Assembly: GCA_051418015.1 (NCBI GenBank)
Contig: JBPRGF010000031.1
Coordinates: 128,001 to 192,000, forward strand
DNA length: 64,000 nucleotides
Reading direction: 5' to 3'
DNA from: Candidatus Nitrospinota bacterium M3_3B_026
Lineage (GTDB): Bacteria > Nitrospinota_A > UBA7883 > JBPRGF01
Shown: one piece after another, positions 8,710-19,166 of the stretch
Position numbering within the stretch: position 1 is the stretch's first letter
Layout: each line of letters opens with the position of its first letter
Notes under the pieces: model-generated
What the model was told of the DNA's origin: nothing
What the model saw: the letters and a program-made list of their open reading frames with translations, nothing else
The model's database searches: none
Program-made: the position numbers and the translations under genes

Positions 8710-10937
8710 TCCTTATTGGGACAGCGCAGAAAAACGCCGGACTTGAGGACTTTTTTCACAAGGAAAGGATAGCCGCACTTCGGGCAGGGCTCGTCCACGG
8801 GCTCGTCCCACACGGCGAAGTCGCATTTCGGGTACTGGCCGCATCCATAAAAAGTCTTGCCCCGCTTCGTCCTCTTCCGGGTAAGCTCTCCGCCGCATCC
8901 CTCCCGGGGGCATTTTATGCCGATGCCGATCTGCTTCGTGGTCTTGCACTTGGGGTAGTCCTCGCACGCTATGAAACGGCCGAAGCGGCCGGTCTTTATC
9001 ACCATGGGCTTGCCGCACTTCTCGCAGGTCAGGTCCGTCGGCTCGTCCGGCGGAGGCTCCTCCTTCGGGACGGCTTGCCCGTCCTTGCCGAGCTTCATCG
9101 TGTTCCTGCACTCCGGGTAGCCCGAGCAGGCCAGGAACCTGCCGAACCTGCCGAACTTTATGACCATCGGCTTTCCGCACTTGTCGCAGGTGTAGTCGGT
9201 CTTCTCCGCCTCCTCCTTCACGTTCCGCATCTGGACGCGGGCCTTTTCGAGGGTCGTCTCGAAAGGTTTGTAGAACTCGTCCAGCGCCTCCGTCCAGGCC
9301 TTTTTGCCCTCTTCCACCTGGTCCAGCTCCGCCTCCATCCGGGCGGTGAACTCCTCGTTCAGTATGTTCGGGAAGTTCTCCACCAGCAGGCCGGAGACCA
9401 GGACGCCAAGCTCCGTGGGTTTCAGCCTGCGCTCTTCCATCTCGCAGTAGTCCCTCTGCTGGATAATGGAGACTATCCCGGCGTAGGTGGAGGGGCGGCC
9501 GATGCCCTTCTCCTCCAGCTCGCGGATGAGCATGGCCTCCGTGAACCTCGGCGGGGGCTGGGTGAAATGCTGGTTTTTCTCGAGTTTCAGAAGCTTCAGC
9601 TCGTCTCCCTCGGCGATGTCCTCCGGTATCTTCTTCGACTCGTCACCGGCGGCGTCGTCCTTGTGCCGCTCCGCCCGCTCGTCGTACACCTTCAGGAAGC
9701 CCGCGAACTTCATGATGGAGCCCGTGGCGCGCAGGGTGTAATCCCCCGCCTCGATGTCCACAGTCGTGGCGTCGAACAGCGCCGAGGTCATCTGGCAGGA
9801 GATGAACCTTGCCCATATCAGGCTGTAAAGGCCAAGCTCCTCCTTTGACAGGTGTTTTTTCAGCGATTCCGGCGTCCTCGCCGCCGACGTGGGCCGGATG
9901 GCCTCGTGGGCGTCCTGGGCCGATTTTTTAGTCTTGTACACGTTGGCCGACGGGGGCAGGTATTCCTTCCCCCAGGTGTTCAGGATATAATCCCGCGCCT
10001 GCCCCACCGCCTCGTCCGAAAGCCGGGTGGAGTCGGTCCTCATATAGGTGATAAGACCGACAGGTCCCTCCTCGCCGATCTCTATTCCCTCGTAGAGCCG
10101 CTGGGCTATGGACATCGTCCTCCGGGCGTTGTAGCGCAGCCTCTTGCTCGCCTCCTGCTGGAGGGTGGAGGTGATGAAAGGCGCGACGGGGTTCCGCTTG
10201 CGCTCCTTTTTCTCTATCTTCCTTATCCTGAGCCCGGCCGCCTCGATCGCCCCGGCGGCTTCCCCGGCCCGCTCGGCGGAGTCTATCTCGGCCTTTTTCC
10301 CCTTGTAATGATGGAGCCGGACCTCGAAAGGCGGAGGGTTTTTACCCTCCACCAGGCCCTCGATCGTCCAATATTCCTCGGGCTTGAACTCCTGGATCTT
10401 CTCCTCCCGCTCCACCACCATCCGCAGGGCCACGGACTGCACCCTTCCCGCCGAAAGCCCCTTGCGCACCTTCTCCCAAAGCAGCGGGGAAAGCTTGTAG
10501 CCCACCAGCCTGTCGAGCACGCGGCGGGCCATCTGGGCGTTCACCTTGTTCGAATCGATCTGCCCGGGGTTTTTTATGGCCTCCTGGACGGCCCTTTTCG
10601 TGATCTCGTTAAAGAGCACGCGGTAGACCTCCCTGCCCTCCCCGATCTCCTCGGCTATGTGCGCCGCGATCGCCTCCCCCTCCCGGTCCGGGTCGGGCGC
10701 CAGGTAGATGGTGTCGGCCTTTTTGGCGGCGGCCTTCAGCTCCTTTATGACCTTGGCCTTGCCCTTGATGGTGACGAACTGGGGCTTGTAGCCGTCCTCT
10801 ATGTCCACGCCGAGCTTCGATTTCGGCAGGTTCTTGATGTGGCCCACGGAGGCCTTGACGGCCATGTCTTTGCCGAGGTAGCGTTTGAGCGTCTTCGCCT
10901 TGGCGGGCGACTCTACTATTACCAGTCCCTTAGCCAT
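8640..10937 (-). CDS. topA: DNA topoisomerase I with C-terminal zinc ribbons
   Basis: IVESPAKAK, DPDREGE, SAGRVQS, ITYMRTDS, GIGRPSTY; several C4 zinc-finger repeats. Confidence 0.97.
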   Translation of the reverse strand: MAKGLVIVESPAKAKTLKRYLGKDMAVKASVGHIKNLPKSKLGVDIEDGYKPQFVTIKGKAKVIKELKAAAKKADTIYLAPDPDREGEAIAAHIAEEIGEGREVYRVLFNEITKRAVQEAIKNPGQIDSNKVNAQMARRVLDRLVGYKLSPLLWEKVRKGLSAGRVQSVALRMVVEREEKIQEFKPEEYWTIEGLVEGKNPPPFEVRLHHYKGKKAEIDSAERAGEAAGAIEAAGLRIRKIEKKERKRNPVAPFITSTLQQEASKRLRYNARRTMSIAQRLYEGIEIGEEGPVGLITYMRTDSTRLSDEAVGQARDYILNTWGKEYLPPSANVYKTKKSAQDAHEAIRPTSAARTPESLKKHLSKEELGLYSLIWARFISCQMTSALFDATTVDIEAGDYTLRATGSIMKFAGFLKVYDERAERHKDDAAGDESKKIPEDIAEGDELKLLKLEKNQHFTQPPPRFTEAMLIRELEEKGIGRPSTYAGIVSIIQQRDYCEMEERRLKPTELGVLVSGLLVENFPNILNEEFTARMEAELDQVEEGKKAWTEALDEFYKPFETTLEKARVQMRNVKEEAEKTDYTCDKCGKPMVIKFGRFGRFLACSGYPECRNTMKLGKDGQAVPKEEPPPDEPTDLTCEKCGKPMVIKTGRFGRFIACEDYPKCKTTKQIGIGIKCPREGCGGELTRKRTKRGKTFYGCGQYPKCDFAVWDEPVDEPCPKCGYPFLVKKVLKSGVFLRCPNKECDFQKEAEEEDQPEKSQSSAAG

Positions 10938-10972
10938 ATCAAACCGATTTTTCCAACAGATCAATTAGTGAG

Positions 10973-12076
10973 TTATAACTTGATAAAAAGCCTGCCCGGC
11001 GTCTGCTTCACCAGCCCCTTGAGTTCAAGGGACAGGAGTATAGCAGATACCATATTCGATGGCAAACCAAGCCCTTCCGCCACGGCGTCCATGTGCGCAG
11101 GCTCGTGACCGAGGGCCGCCAGAACCTTCGCCTCGTCCCCCGAAAGCTCCTCCTCCGGAAGCGGCAGGGCGGCCTGCCTTTCCATGATGGATTTTTTTAC
11201 GTAATCGGGCAGCTCCTCGAGTATGTCCCCCACATCCTGGATGAGCTTGGCGTGGCCCAGCTTTATCAGGCTGTTTGTCCCGCGGCTCTTGGGGGAGTTG
11301 GCCTGGCCGGGAAGCGAAAAGACGTCGCGGTTGTCGTCTATGGCGGCGTAGGCGGTTATCAGGGCGCCGCTCTTTTCCGCCGCCTCGGTGACGAAAACGC
11401 CAAGCGACAGGCCGCTTATCACCCTGTTTCGCATGGGGAAATTCGCCTTGTCGGGCCTGGCCGTGAAGGGAAACTGGCTGATGACGGCGCCGTTTCCGGC
11501 TATCGCGCGCTGCAGCCCCTTGTGCTCGGCGGGGTAATAGACGTTCAGCCCGCATCCCAGGACGGCGATAGTCCGCCCGCCCGCATCCAGCGCGGCCCTG
11601 TGAGCCACGCCGTCCACCCCCCGGGCCAGGCCGGACACGATGGTCACCCCCGCCGCGGAAAGCTCCCGCGCCATCTTCTCCGTCATCACCCTGCCGTAGC
11701 GGCTGGGCGTCCGGGAGCCGACGATGGCTATGGCGGCCGAGTCCTCCTCCCTCCATTCGCCCATGATCGAGAGGACCGGCGGGGGGGAGTAGGCGTTCTC
11801 CAGCGGTTTAGGGTAGCCCTCCTCGCCCAGGAGGACGATCGACGCCCCGGTCTTCCGGGCAAGCGCAAGCTCCCGCTCCGTAGCGGCCTCCGGGTCGGCC
11901 CGCCTGATCGTCTCCGCGGCGGCGGGCGACAGGCCGTTTATCCGCGAAAGCTCCTCCACCTCCGCCCTGAAGACATCCCTTGCCGAGCCAAAGGCGCCGA
12001 TCAGCCGGTGATAGGTGACGGGTCCCACGGGCGGCAGGGTGTTGAGCGCTATCCGGCAAATCCTCTCCTCGGTCAT
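10973..12076 (-). CDS. dprA: DNA-processing protein DprA/Smf
   Basis: AIVGSR, VSGLARGVD, FPMRNRVISGLS, EAAEKSGALITA; C-terminal winged helix. Confidence 0.95.
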   Translation of the reverse strand: MTEERICRIALNTLPPVGPVTYHRLIGAFGSARDVFRAEVEELSRINGLSPAAAETIRRADPEAATERELALARKTGASIVLLGEEGYPKPLENAYSPPPVLSIMGEWREEDSAAIAIVGSRTPSRYGRVMTEKMARELSAAGVTIVSGLARGVDGVAHRAALDAGGRTIAVLGCGLNVYYPAEHKGLQRAIAGNGAVISQFPFTARPDKANFPMRNRVISGLSLGVFVTEAAEKSGALITAYAAIDDNRDVFSLPGQANSPKSRGTNSLIKLGHAKLIQDVGDILEELPDYVKKSIMERQAALPLPEEELSGDEAKVLAALGHEPAHMDAVAEGLGLPSNMVSAILLSLELKGLVKQTPGRLFIKL

Positions 12077-12116
12077 GGGAGGGGCGCCTCCGGTTTCGCC
12101 GCCATGCCCGTCCTCA

Positions 12117-15023
12117 TCAGGAATGTCTCGCCGGAGCGCTCTTCCTGGCCCCGACAAACCTCAAGTATATGTCGCGGACAGCCTCCATGCGCTCCCGAGT
12201 GGCGTCCAGGAACCTGTCCGGCCCCACCCCGGCCTCCGCCACGCTCCGGGCCACGCGCCGCAGGGCGGAAATTGAAGTCGGCGCGACGCTGACGGCTCTC
12301 TCCGCGTCCATGCGCAGGGCGTCCTCTATGGCCCGGTAGAAGATGTAGGATCTTTCCAGCTCGGCGGCGTCCTCTTCGCCGAGCCATCCTTCGCCCCGGG
12401 CGGCCTGTATCGTGGCGATGGTCAGCGGGTCCTCGCCGGGGAAACCGGAGGGGAGACCGTTTTCCAGAAGGAGCCACTGGCAGATGAACTCTATCTCTAT
12501 CAGCCCCCCTTTTCCGAACTTTATGTCCAGCGCGCCGGATTTTGTCTTCTCTTTGGCTATCCGCTCCCTTATAGCCGCTATGCCCGCCGCCTCCTCCGGC
12601 GTCAGGGGCGGGGTGGTGATGAAGGCGCCGATGGTCTCCATGACGCTGTCGGCCAATCCGTCGTCGCCTGAAATCGGGCGGGCGCCGACGAGGGCAAGCC
12701 TTTCCCAGGGCTGCGCCCTGTTCTTGTAATAGGCGGCCATGGAGCCGTAAGAGCGCGCCAGGGGGCCGTTCTCCCCGTCGGGCCTCAAGCGCATGTCCAC
12801 GGCGTAGCCCTCGCCGTAGGGGGTCATCATTCCGCAAAGGCTTATGATCTTCTGGGTGAGGCGGGTGACGTAGGCTTTGGCATCCTCTCCGCCGTCGTAG
12901 AAAACCAGCATGTCAAGGTCCGAGCCGAAGTTCATCTCCCTCCTGCCGAGCTTCCCCGCGGCGAGAATGACCCAGCGGGCGTCATCGGGGCGGGGGCCGG
13001 CCTCGGCCTCGGCCAGGCCGGAGATCTTGCGCAGGTACTCCTCGGCGATCACCGTAAGCCCCAGCATCAGTTCGAACCTGTCGGCGAGGCCAAGCAGCCT
13101 GCGGACGCCGAGCCGCAGCCTCTCGGCCACGCGGAAGGCGTTGATCCGCGCCATTCTGTCCTCCAGATTTTTACCCTCGGCGGCCTTGGCGGCCAGCTCG
13201 GCCCTGTAAGTCATCCTGTCGGCGGGTTTTCCTACGGGGTCCGCGCCGAGCAGCCGGTCCAGGATGTCCGGCTGTTTTATGAGGACCGACGTCAACCGCT
13301 CCGACGAGGAAAAGACCGCCGCCAGAAGCTTTATGACCGGCCTGTGCCTGTCCAGAAGCTCGTAGAGCATCTCCCTGCCGCCCTTGGCGTCCACGAACCT
13401 TTCAAACCCCATGATGACGTTGTCTGACCACGGCGCCGCGGCGGCCTCGGCGACGAGGGCCGGGCCGAACCTGTCGAAGGTCATCCTGCTTTTGTCCGAG
13501 GGGTGGGTGAAGGGGCGGCCGTTGCGCAAAGTGTTCAACGACCGCGCCGCGGCCTCGGGCTTGTCGAAACCCAGCGAGTCGAGCCATTCGGCCGCCGCCT
13601 CCTCGTTCTCAAGCGGCACGGGGAAGGATTCGGCGGGTTTTTTGTCCTTCGCGAAGAACATGTCGAATATGGAGCGGACGCGCTTCCTGCGGCGCTCGAC
13701 CCCCCTTCGCAAACGCTCCGCGGCGCCATCGCCGGAAAGGCCCATGAGCCTGCCGAGCGTCCCGAGCCTCTTTTCGTCGCCGGGCAGGGAATGGGTCTGT
13801 ATCCCCTGGTGGTACTGGATCCTGTTCTCCAGCCTGCGGTAGAAGATGTAAGCCTCCTTCAGGTCACGATGCCACGGGGCGGAAAGCAGGCCCAGCGAAC
13901 GGCAGGCGGAAAGGGCCTCAAGCGTCGAGCGTGTCTGAAGCTCCGGGTACCTTGCGCCATACAGTAGCTGGAGAGCCTGGACGACGAACTCTATCTCCCG
14001 TATTCCGCCGCGCCCCAGCTTTATGTCCTTTGCGGCCCGCCCGGCGCCAATCCTTGCGTTGAGGGACTGGTCGATCTTGTCCTTCATCGCCGAGATTTCG
14101 TCTATGGCGCGCTGGTCCAGGTATTTGCGGTAGACGAAAGGCTTCAGCCTTCCCAGTATCTCCTCCGAGACCTCCCTCGCCCCGCCGCAATGCCTCGCCT
14201 TGATGAGCGCCTGTCTTTCCCATTGCTGGCCCCAGGACTCGTAGTAAATCTCCATCGCGCCGATGGAGTTGGTTATCTCCCCCCTGTTTCCCTCCGGCCG
14301 CAGGTCAAGGTCCACGCGGAAGGCGATCCCGTCTTCCGTGGCCTCGCCCAGCAGGCGGACGGTCTCCCTTGCGATCTTCACGAAGAACTCGTGCAGGGAG
14401 ACGACCCCGGCCCCGCCCTCCCGGCCCCTGGTCTGGCCGCGGTCGGAGGTGTGGACGAACACGATGTCCACGTCGGAGGAGATGTTCAGCTCCCGGCCCC
14501 CGAGCTTGCCCAGCCCCAGGACGCATATCCGAGCCAGCTTCTCCCCGGAGCCTTCAAGCTCCGTGTAGAGCGGGACGCCGTGGACCTTGAGGGCCTCGCG
14601 CTCCGCGATGGACAGGGCCGCGTCGATGGCAAGCTCCGCCACCGCCGACCATTCCTCCATGGTCTCCTCAAGATCGGCCAGGCCGGAGAGCTCCCTGGCT
14701 GCGATCCTGGCAAGCTCCCTGCTCCTGAAACGCCGCAGGGCGGGCATGGGCGCCATCGAGGAGAGCAGCAGCGCAAGGCTGCTGGACATATCCTCCGTAT
14801 CGCGGGGTTTTTCGAGCTTGCCGTCCTCCACCAGCCAGTCGATGTCCTCCGGGCGCGAAAGCAGCCAATGCGTCAGAAACTCGCTCCCGGTGAAAAGATG
14901 GGCAAGGACAAAGAGTTTTTTTTCATTTTCGGCGAGGGCCGGCCGGGCCGCCAGGGTTCTTTCAAGCCCGGCCAGGGCCGCCCCGGGATCGGCTGTCTTC
15001 GCGGCGATATCTTCCAGGGTCAT
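12117..15023 (-). CDS. glnE: Glutamine synthetase adenylyltransferase/adenylyl-removing enzyme
   Basis: Two nucleotidyltransferase domains (GKLGGRELNISSDVD, GKLGRREMNFGSDLD), DLRPEG/DMRLRPDG, KLGRGGIREIEF; ATGA-coupled to ntrC. Confidence 0.95.
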   Translation of the reverse strand: MTLEDIAAKTADPGAALAGLERTLAARPALAENEKKLFVLAHLFTGSEFLTHWLLSRPEDIDWLVEDGKLEKPRDTEDMSSSLALLLSSMAPMPALRRFRSRELARIAARELSGLADLEETMEEWSAVAELAIDAALSIAEREALKVHGVPLYTELEGSGEKLARICVLGLGKLGGRELNISSDVDIVFVHTSDRGQTRGREGGAGVVSLHEFFVKIARETVRLLGEATEDGIAFRVDLDLRPEGNRGEITNSIGAMEIYYESWGQQWERQALIKARHCGGAREVSEEILGRLKPFVYRKYLDQRAIDEISAMKDKIDQSLNARIGAGRAAKDIKLGRGGIREIEFVVQALQLLYGARYPELQTRSTLEALSACRSLGLLSAPWHRDLKEAYIFYRRLENRIQYHQGIQTHSLPGDEKRLGTLGRLMGLSGDGAAERLRRGVERRRKRVRSIFDMFFAKDKKPAESFPVPLENEEAAAEWLDSLGFDKPEAAARSLNTLRNGRPFTHPSDKSRMTFDRFGPALVAEAAAAPWSDNVIMGFERFVDAKGGREMLYELLDRHRPVIKLLAAVFSSSERLTSVLIKQPDILDRLLGADPVGKPADRMTYRAELAAKAAEGKNLEDRMARINAFRVAERLRLGVRRLLGLADRFELMLGLTVIAEEYLRKISGLAEAEAGPRPDDARWVILAAGKLGRREMNFGSDLDMLVFYDGGEDAKAYVTRLTQKIISLCGMMTPYGEGYAVDMRLRPDGENGPLARSYGSMAAYYKNRAQPWERLALVGARPISGDDGLADSVMETIGAFITTPPLTPEEAAGIAAIRERIAKEKTKSGALDIKFGKGGLIEIEFICQWLLLENGLPSGFPGEDPLTIATIQAARGEGWLGEEDAAELERSYIFYRAIEDALRMDAERAVSVAPTSISALRRVARSVAEAGVGPDRFLDATRERMEAVRDIYLRFVGARKSAPARHS

Positions 15024-16486
15024 CGTCTCAGCGCGCCGTCTTCCCCATCCCCGCCCTGTCCGGGGACGGCCTCCCATCCCTCGACCCCAAGCTCCCTGAT
15101 CTTCTTGGTGAGGGTGTTCCTGTTCATGCCCAGCAGCCGGGCCGCGGGGACGCGCGCCCCGCCGGTCTTCCGCAAAGCGTCTTCTATGAGCGCTTTCTCG
15201 ACCCGCCCTACCACCTCGTAGTAGACCTTTCCCTCCCCCGCCGCGGCGGCGGCCCGCTGGACGGCCCTCTTGAGATCGCCGCCGCGGTCCGGCCCTCCCG
15301 CCACGCCGCCAAGCTCCGGGGGGAGAGAGTCCAGGGTTATGGCGCCGCCGGGGGACATGATGACCGCTCTCCTGAGAACGTTCTCGAGTTCACGGACGTT
15401 GCCCGGCCAGTCATGGACCGCGAGCAGCTCCATCGCCTGGGGGGTCACGGTTTTTGGTTTTTCGTTGAAGGCGCGGGCTATCTTCGAGAGGATATGCTCC
15501 GTCAGCAGCGGTATGTCCTCCGTCCGCTTTCGCAGCGGCGGCAGGCTTATGTGTATGACGTTCAGCCTGTGATACAGGTCCTCGCGGAACCGGCCCGCCG
15601 CCACGTCCGAGGCCAGATCCCTGTTCGTCGCCGCCAGCACCCTCACGTCCACCCTGACCGGCCTCGTCCCCCCAACGGAGTAAAGCTCCCCGTCCTGCAG
15701 GACGCGCAACATCTTCGCCTGCAGGTCCGCGGGCATGTCGCCTATCTCGTCGAGGAGGATCACCCCCCCGCTCGCGGCCTGGAACTTGCCGGTCTTGTCC
15801 TCCACGGCGCCGGTGAAGGCGCCCTTGACGTGGCCGAAAAGCTCCGACTCCAGCAGGTCCTTCGGTATCGCCGCGCAGTTCACCGTGACGAAGGGCCCGC
15901 CCGCCCGGGGCGAGTTCGCGCTCAAAGCCCGGGCGACCAGCTCCTTGCCCGCGCCCGTGGGGCCGGTTATCAACACCGTCGCGTCCGCCCCCGCGGCCCT
16001 GCCGATGAGCTTGAACACCTCCTGCATCGCAGGCGACCTCCCCACGATCTCGTCCCCCGGCGCGGCCGGCTCGGCGGATTTCAGCTCCGCCAGCTCCCGG
16101 GCCATCCGCCTGTATTCCATGACCCTGTCCACGAGTATCTCCACCTCGTCCAGGTCGAAAGGTTTCGTGAGGTAGTCGAAGGCGCCTTTCTGCATCGCCT
16201 TGATGGCGTTGCCCATCGTCGCCTCCGCCGTCATCATGACGACAGACGGCGCGGCGGGGCGCTTCCTGATCTTTTCGAGCAGGTCCAGCCCGGAGCCGTC
16301 CGGCAGGACGATGTCCACGAAGGCCAGCGAATACCCCCCTTCGTTCAGGAGTTCCTCCGCCTCGGCCACGGTCTCCGCCGTGTCGACGTGGAAGTCCCTG
16401 CGGGCGAGGTCCCGGGACAGGACTATCCTCAGGGTCCTCTCGTCATCCAGGACGAGTATCTTTTTTTTCTCTTCCTTTTCGTTCAT
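15020..16486 (-). CDS. ntrC: Sigma54-dependent response regulator, NtrC-like
   Basis: Receiver domain, GPTGAGKE, ESELFGH-GAFTGA, WPGNVREL, Fis-type HTH; adjacent to glnE. Confidence 0.85.
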   Translation of the reverse strand: MNEKEEKKKILVLDDERTLRIVLSRDLARRDFHVDTAETVAEAEELLNEGGYSLAFVDIVLPDGSGLDLLEKIRKRPAAPSVVMMTAEATMGNAIKAMQKGAFDYLTKPFDLDEVEILVDRVMEYRRMARELAELKSAEPAAPGDEIVGRSPAMQEVFKLIGRAAGADATVLITGPTGAGKELVARALSANSPRAGGPFVTVNCAAIPKDLLESELFGHVKGAFTGAVEDKTGKFQAASGGVILLDEIGDMPADLQAKMLRVLQDGELYSVGGTRPVRVDVRVLAATNRDLASDVAAGRFREDLYHRLNVIHISLPPLRKRTEDIPLLTEHILSKIARAFNEKPKTVTPQAMELLAVHDWPGNVRELENVLRRAVIMSPGGAITLDSLPPELGGVAGGPDRGGDLKRAVQRAAAAAGEGKVYYEVVGRVEKALIEDALRKTGGARVPAARLLGMNRNTLTKKIRELGVEGWEAVPGQGGDGEDGALRR

Positions 16487-16589
16487 GCGATCCCGGCCGC
16501 GCGGCCTGAAATTAAAATCAATTTCAGTTTATCATCAGTATGCGCTAGGATTATCGCCGAACGAGGGTTCTTTGAGAAACGGAGACTTC

Positions 16590-17633
16590 ATGAACGACCC
16601 GATGACCTACCGGTCCTCCGGGGTGGACATAGACGCCGGAGCGGAGGCGGTCCGCAGGATAAAAGAAGCGGTCAAGGCCACCCACGGGCCCGCCGTGCTC
16701 ACCGGGGTCGGGAGCTTCGGCTCCCTTTTCGACCTATCGGAGGTGTTGAAAGATTACAGGGAGCCGGCGCTGGTCCAGAGCGTGGACGGCGTCGGCACCA
16801 AGCTTATGGTGGCCGCCATGGCGGGGCGGTACGACAGCGTGGGCGTGGACATCGTGAACCACTGCCTCAACGACATCCTGTGCCAGGGCGCGAAGGGCTT
16901 GACTTTCCTTGACTACATCGCCGTGGAGACCCTGCGGCCCGAAATGGCCCAGGGGCTGGTGGGGGGGATGGCCCGGGCCTGCGCCGAGGCGGGCGTGGCG
17001 CTCGTTGGCGGGGAGACGGCGGAGCTGCCGGGGATATACGTGAAGGGCGAGTATGACCTCGCCGGGGTCATCACCGGCGTGGTGGAAAAGTCGAAAATAA
17101 TAACCGGCCGGAACATCGCCCCCGGCGACGCGATCGTGGGGCTGCCCTCCAGCGGGCTCCACACGAACGGCTACACCCTGGCCCGAAGGGTCATCTTCGG
17201 CAAGCTTGAGATGACGATGGACACCATCCCGCGGGAGCTTGGAAAACCCGTGGGGGAGGAGCTTCTGGAGCCGCACCGGGACTACTCGAAGGCGCTGTGG
17301 CCACTTCTCCAGAAGTTCGACGTGAAAGGGCTCGCGCACATCACCGGCGGCGGGCTCATCGACAACATCCCCAGGATACTGCCGTCCGGCGTGGACGCGG
17401 CGATAAAACTTTCGGCGTGGGAGACTCCCGCCATATTCCGCCTGATCCAGGAAGGCGGAGACGTCCCCGCCGATGACATGTACAGAACGTTCAACATGGG
17501 GATGGGGATGGTGGCCGTGACCGGCCCGGACGAGGCGCAGGGGCTGATGGACGGCTTGCGCGGCGCGGGACACGGCCCAGTGGTCATCGGGGAAATAGTG
17601 GAAGGATCGGGCGTTGTGAGGCTGCTTAAGTGA
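16590..17633 (+). CDS. purM: Phosphoribosylformylglycinamidine cyclo-ligase
   Basis: YRSSGVDI, DGVGTK, GGETAELPG, SSGLHTNG, HITGGG, TFNMG; GGAG RBS. Confidence 0.96.
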   Translation: MNDPMTYRSSGVDIDAGAEAVRRIKEAVKATHGPAVLTGVGSFGSLFDLSEVLKDYREPALVQSVDGVGTKLMVAAMAGRYDSVGVDIVNHCLNDILCQGAKGLTFLDYIAVETLRPEMAQGLVGGMARACAEAGVALVGGETAELPGIYVKGEYDLAGVITGVVEKSKIITGRNIAPGDAIVGLPSSGLHTNGYTLARRVIFGKLEMTMDTIPRELGKPVGEELLEPHRDYSKALWPLLQKFDVKGLAHITGGGLIDNIPRILPSGVDAAIKLSAWETPAIFRLIQEGGDVPADDMYRTFNMGMGMVAVTGPDEAQGLMDGLRGAGHGPVVIGEIVEGSGVVRLLK

Positions 17634-17655
17634 ACTCCGCTGGCGAAGGGCCTTG

Positions 17656-18255
17656 TCAGGCCGCCGGGCCGGAGGGTTTGGAGCCTCCGTTTATGAGGTC
17701 CTTGAAGTAGTCCACCACTTCGGGCGAGTCCCACTCCCTCATGCCGTTGGCCTTGCTCACAATCCGCCCCTCGGGGTCGATTATGTACGTCTGGGGTATG
17801 CTCACGATCCCGTACATTCTGCTTGTTTTGTTGTCGCGGTCTAGCAGGACCGTGAAATCAAGCCCCATCTCCTCCACGAACTGGCGCACCCTCTCCGCGG
17901 GCAGGTCGTCGATGCTGATGGCGACCATCTCGAAAGGCTTGCCCGCAAGCTTTTTGTGGAGCTTGTTCATCATGGGCATCTCCACGACGCAGGGGCCGCA
18001 CCATGTGGCCCAGAAGTTGACGAACACCCATTTGCCCCGCAGGTTTGACAGGGAGATATCCCCGCCGGAGATAGAGGGAAGCGTGAAATCCGGCGCGACA
18101 ACATCCTCCTTGGCGGCCAGCGCGGCGCCGACGGACGACCCCGCCTCCGCGGCGCGCCCCCGCTTGTCGATGTCGGCCGAAGCGGCCATGTAACCCAGCG
18201 CGAAGGTCGCCGCCAGGACGAGGAATGTCCTCCCTCCGAAAATATCCTTTTTCAT
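17656..18255 (-). CDS. TlpA/ResA-like thiol-disulfide oxidoreductase
   Basis: N-terminal anchor, APDFTL, NFWATWCGPC, cis-Pro region SIPQTYIID. Confidence 0.9.
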   Translation of the reverse strand: MKKDIFGGRTFLVLAATFALGYMAASADIDKRGRAAEAGSSVGAALAAKEDVVAPDFTLPSISGGDISLSNLRGKWVFVNFWATWCGPCVVEMPMMNKLHKKLAGKPFEMVAISIDDLPAERVRQFVEEMGLDFTVLLDRDNKTSRMYGIVSIPQTYIIDPEGRIVSKANGMREWDSPEVVDYFKDLINGGSKPSGPAA

Positions 18256-18343
18256 CTTCCGTTTCCAGCCCCCGGTTGTCTTAAGTATATATGAAAATTT
18301 TGACGCAAACGCCCTTCCGCGTCAACACCGGGGTAAGAGCGCG

Positions 18344-18352
18344 TGTTATAAT
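18344..18352 (+). promoter_or_regulatory. Extended -10 promoter for the CsgG-like gene
   Basis: TGTTATAAT (TGnTATAAT) about 80 nt before the start. Confidence 0.45.
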
Positions 18353-18385
18353 TCTGCCCATCTCATGCAGGTACCAGATAAACAA

Positions 18386-18415
18386 ATCAATGAATATCAG
18401 ATCAATGAATATCAG
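18386..18415 (+). repeat. Perfect 15-bp tandem duplication in the 5' UTR
   Basis: ATCAATGAATATCAG x2. Confidence 0.95.
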
Positions 18416-18433
18416 ACTCGCAGGGAGGATTTC

Positions 18434-19147
18434 ATGAAAAAGATTCTGTCCTTTGCCGGGCTGTTGGCCCTGGCATCCATCCTCACGGCGGTCCCGGCCG
18501 AGGCGGCCAAGCCTATCCTGGCCGTAGATGAGTTCAAGAACGACACCCGCGCCCACTGGTGGAAAGGCGGTACCGGGCGCGACCTCGCCGGAATGCTGAC
18601 CAACGAGCTGGCCGCCGGGGGCAAGCTGAAGATGGTCGAGCGCAAGAAGCTGGAGTCGGTCCTGAAGGAGCAGGACCTTGGCGCCTCCGGCAGGATACGC
18701 AAAGACACCGCCGCCCAGATCGGCAAGCTGACGGGCGCGCAGTACCTTGTGATGGGCACCGTCACCGCCTTCGAGGAGGACACCTCCAAAGTCGGCGGGG
18801 GCTTGAGTTTCAAGGGTTTCTCTCTAGGCGGCAAGAAAAAGAAGGCTTACTTGGCCGTGGACCTGCGGGTCGTGAACACGACGACGGGCGACATCAGCTT
18901 CACCAGGACCGTCGAGGCATCCTCCAGCGGCGGGGGCCTGAGCCTCGGCGTGTTCAGGGGCGGATTCGGCGGAACCCTCGGCGGGGAGGAAAAGACTCCC
19001 GTGGGGAAAGCCATCCGCGCCTGCGTGATCGAGATCTCCGAATACCTGGAGTGCATGATGGTCAAGAAGGACTCATGTATGCAGGAGTACGAGGCGAAGG
19101 AGGAGCGGCGCAGGGAGAGAACCAAAGGCGCCATAGAGCTCGAATAG
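18434..19147 (+). CDS. CsgG/HfaB (curli assembly/TolB-N-like) family exported protein
   Basis: Signal peptide, LAVDEF, MVERKKLESVLKEQDL, IGKLTGAQYLVMGTVT, VDLRVVNTTTG; GGAGG RBS. Confidence 0.8.
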   Translation: MKKILSFAGLLALASILTAVPAEAAKPILAVDEFKNDTRAHWWKGGTGRDLAGMLTNELAAGGKLKMVERKKLESVLKEQDLGASGRIRKDTAAQIGKLTGAQYLVMGTVTAFEEDTSKVGGGLSFKGFSLGGKKKKAYLAVDLRVVNTTTGDISFTRTVEASSSGGGLSLGVFRGGFGGTLGGEEKTPVGKAIRACVIEISEYLECMMVKKDSCMQEYEAKEERRRERTKGAIELE

Positions 19148-19166
19148 CGGCGATACGCACTTGATG

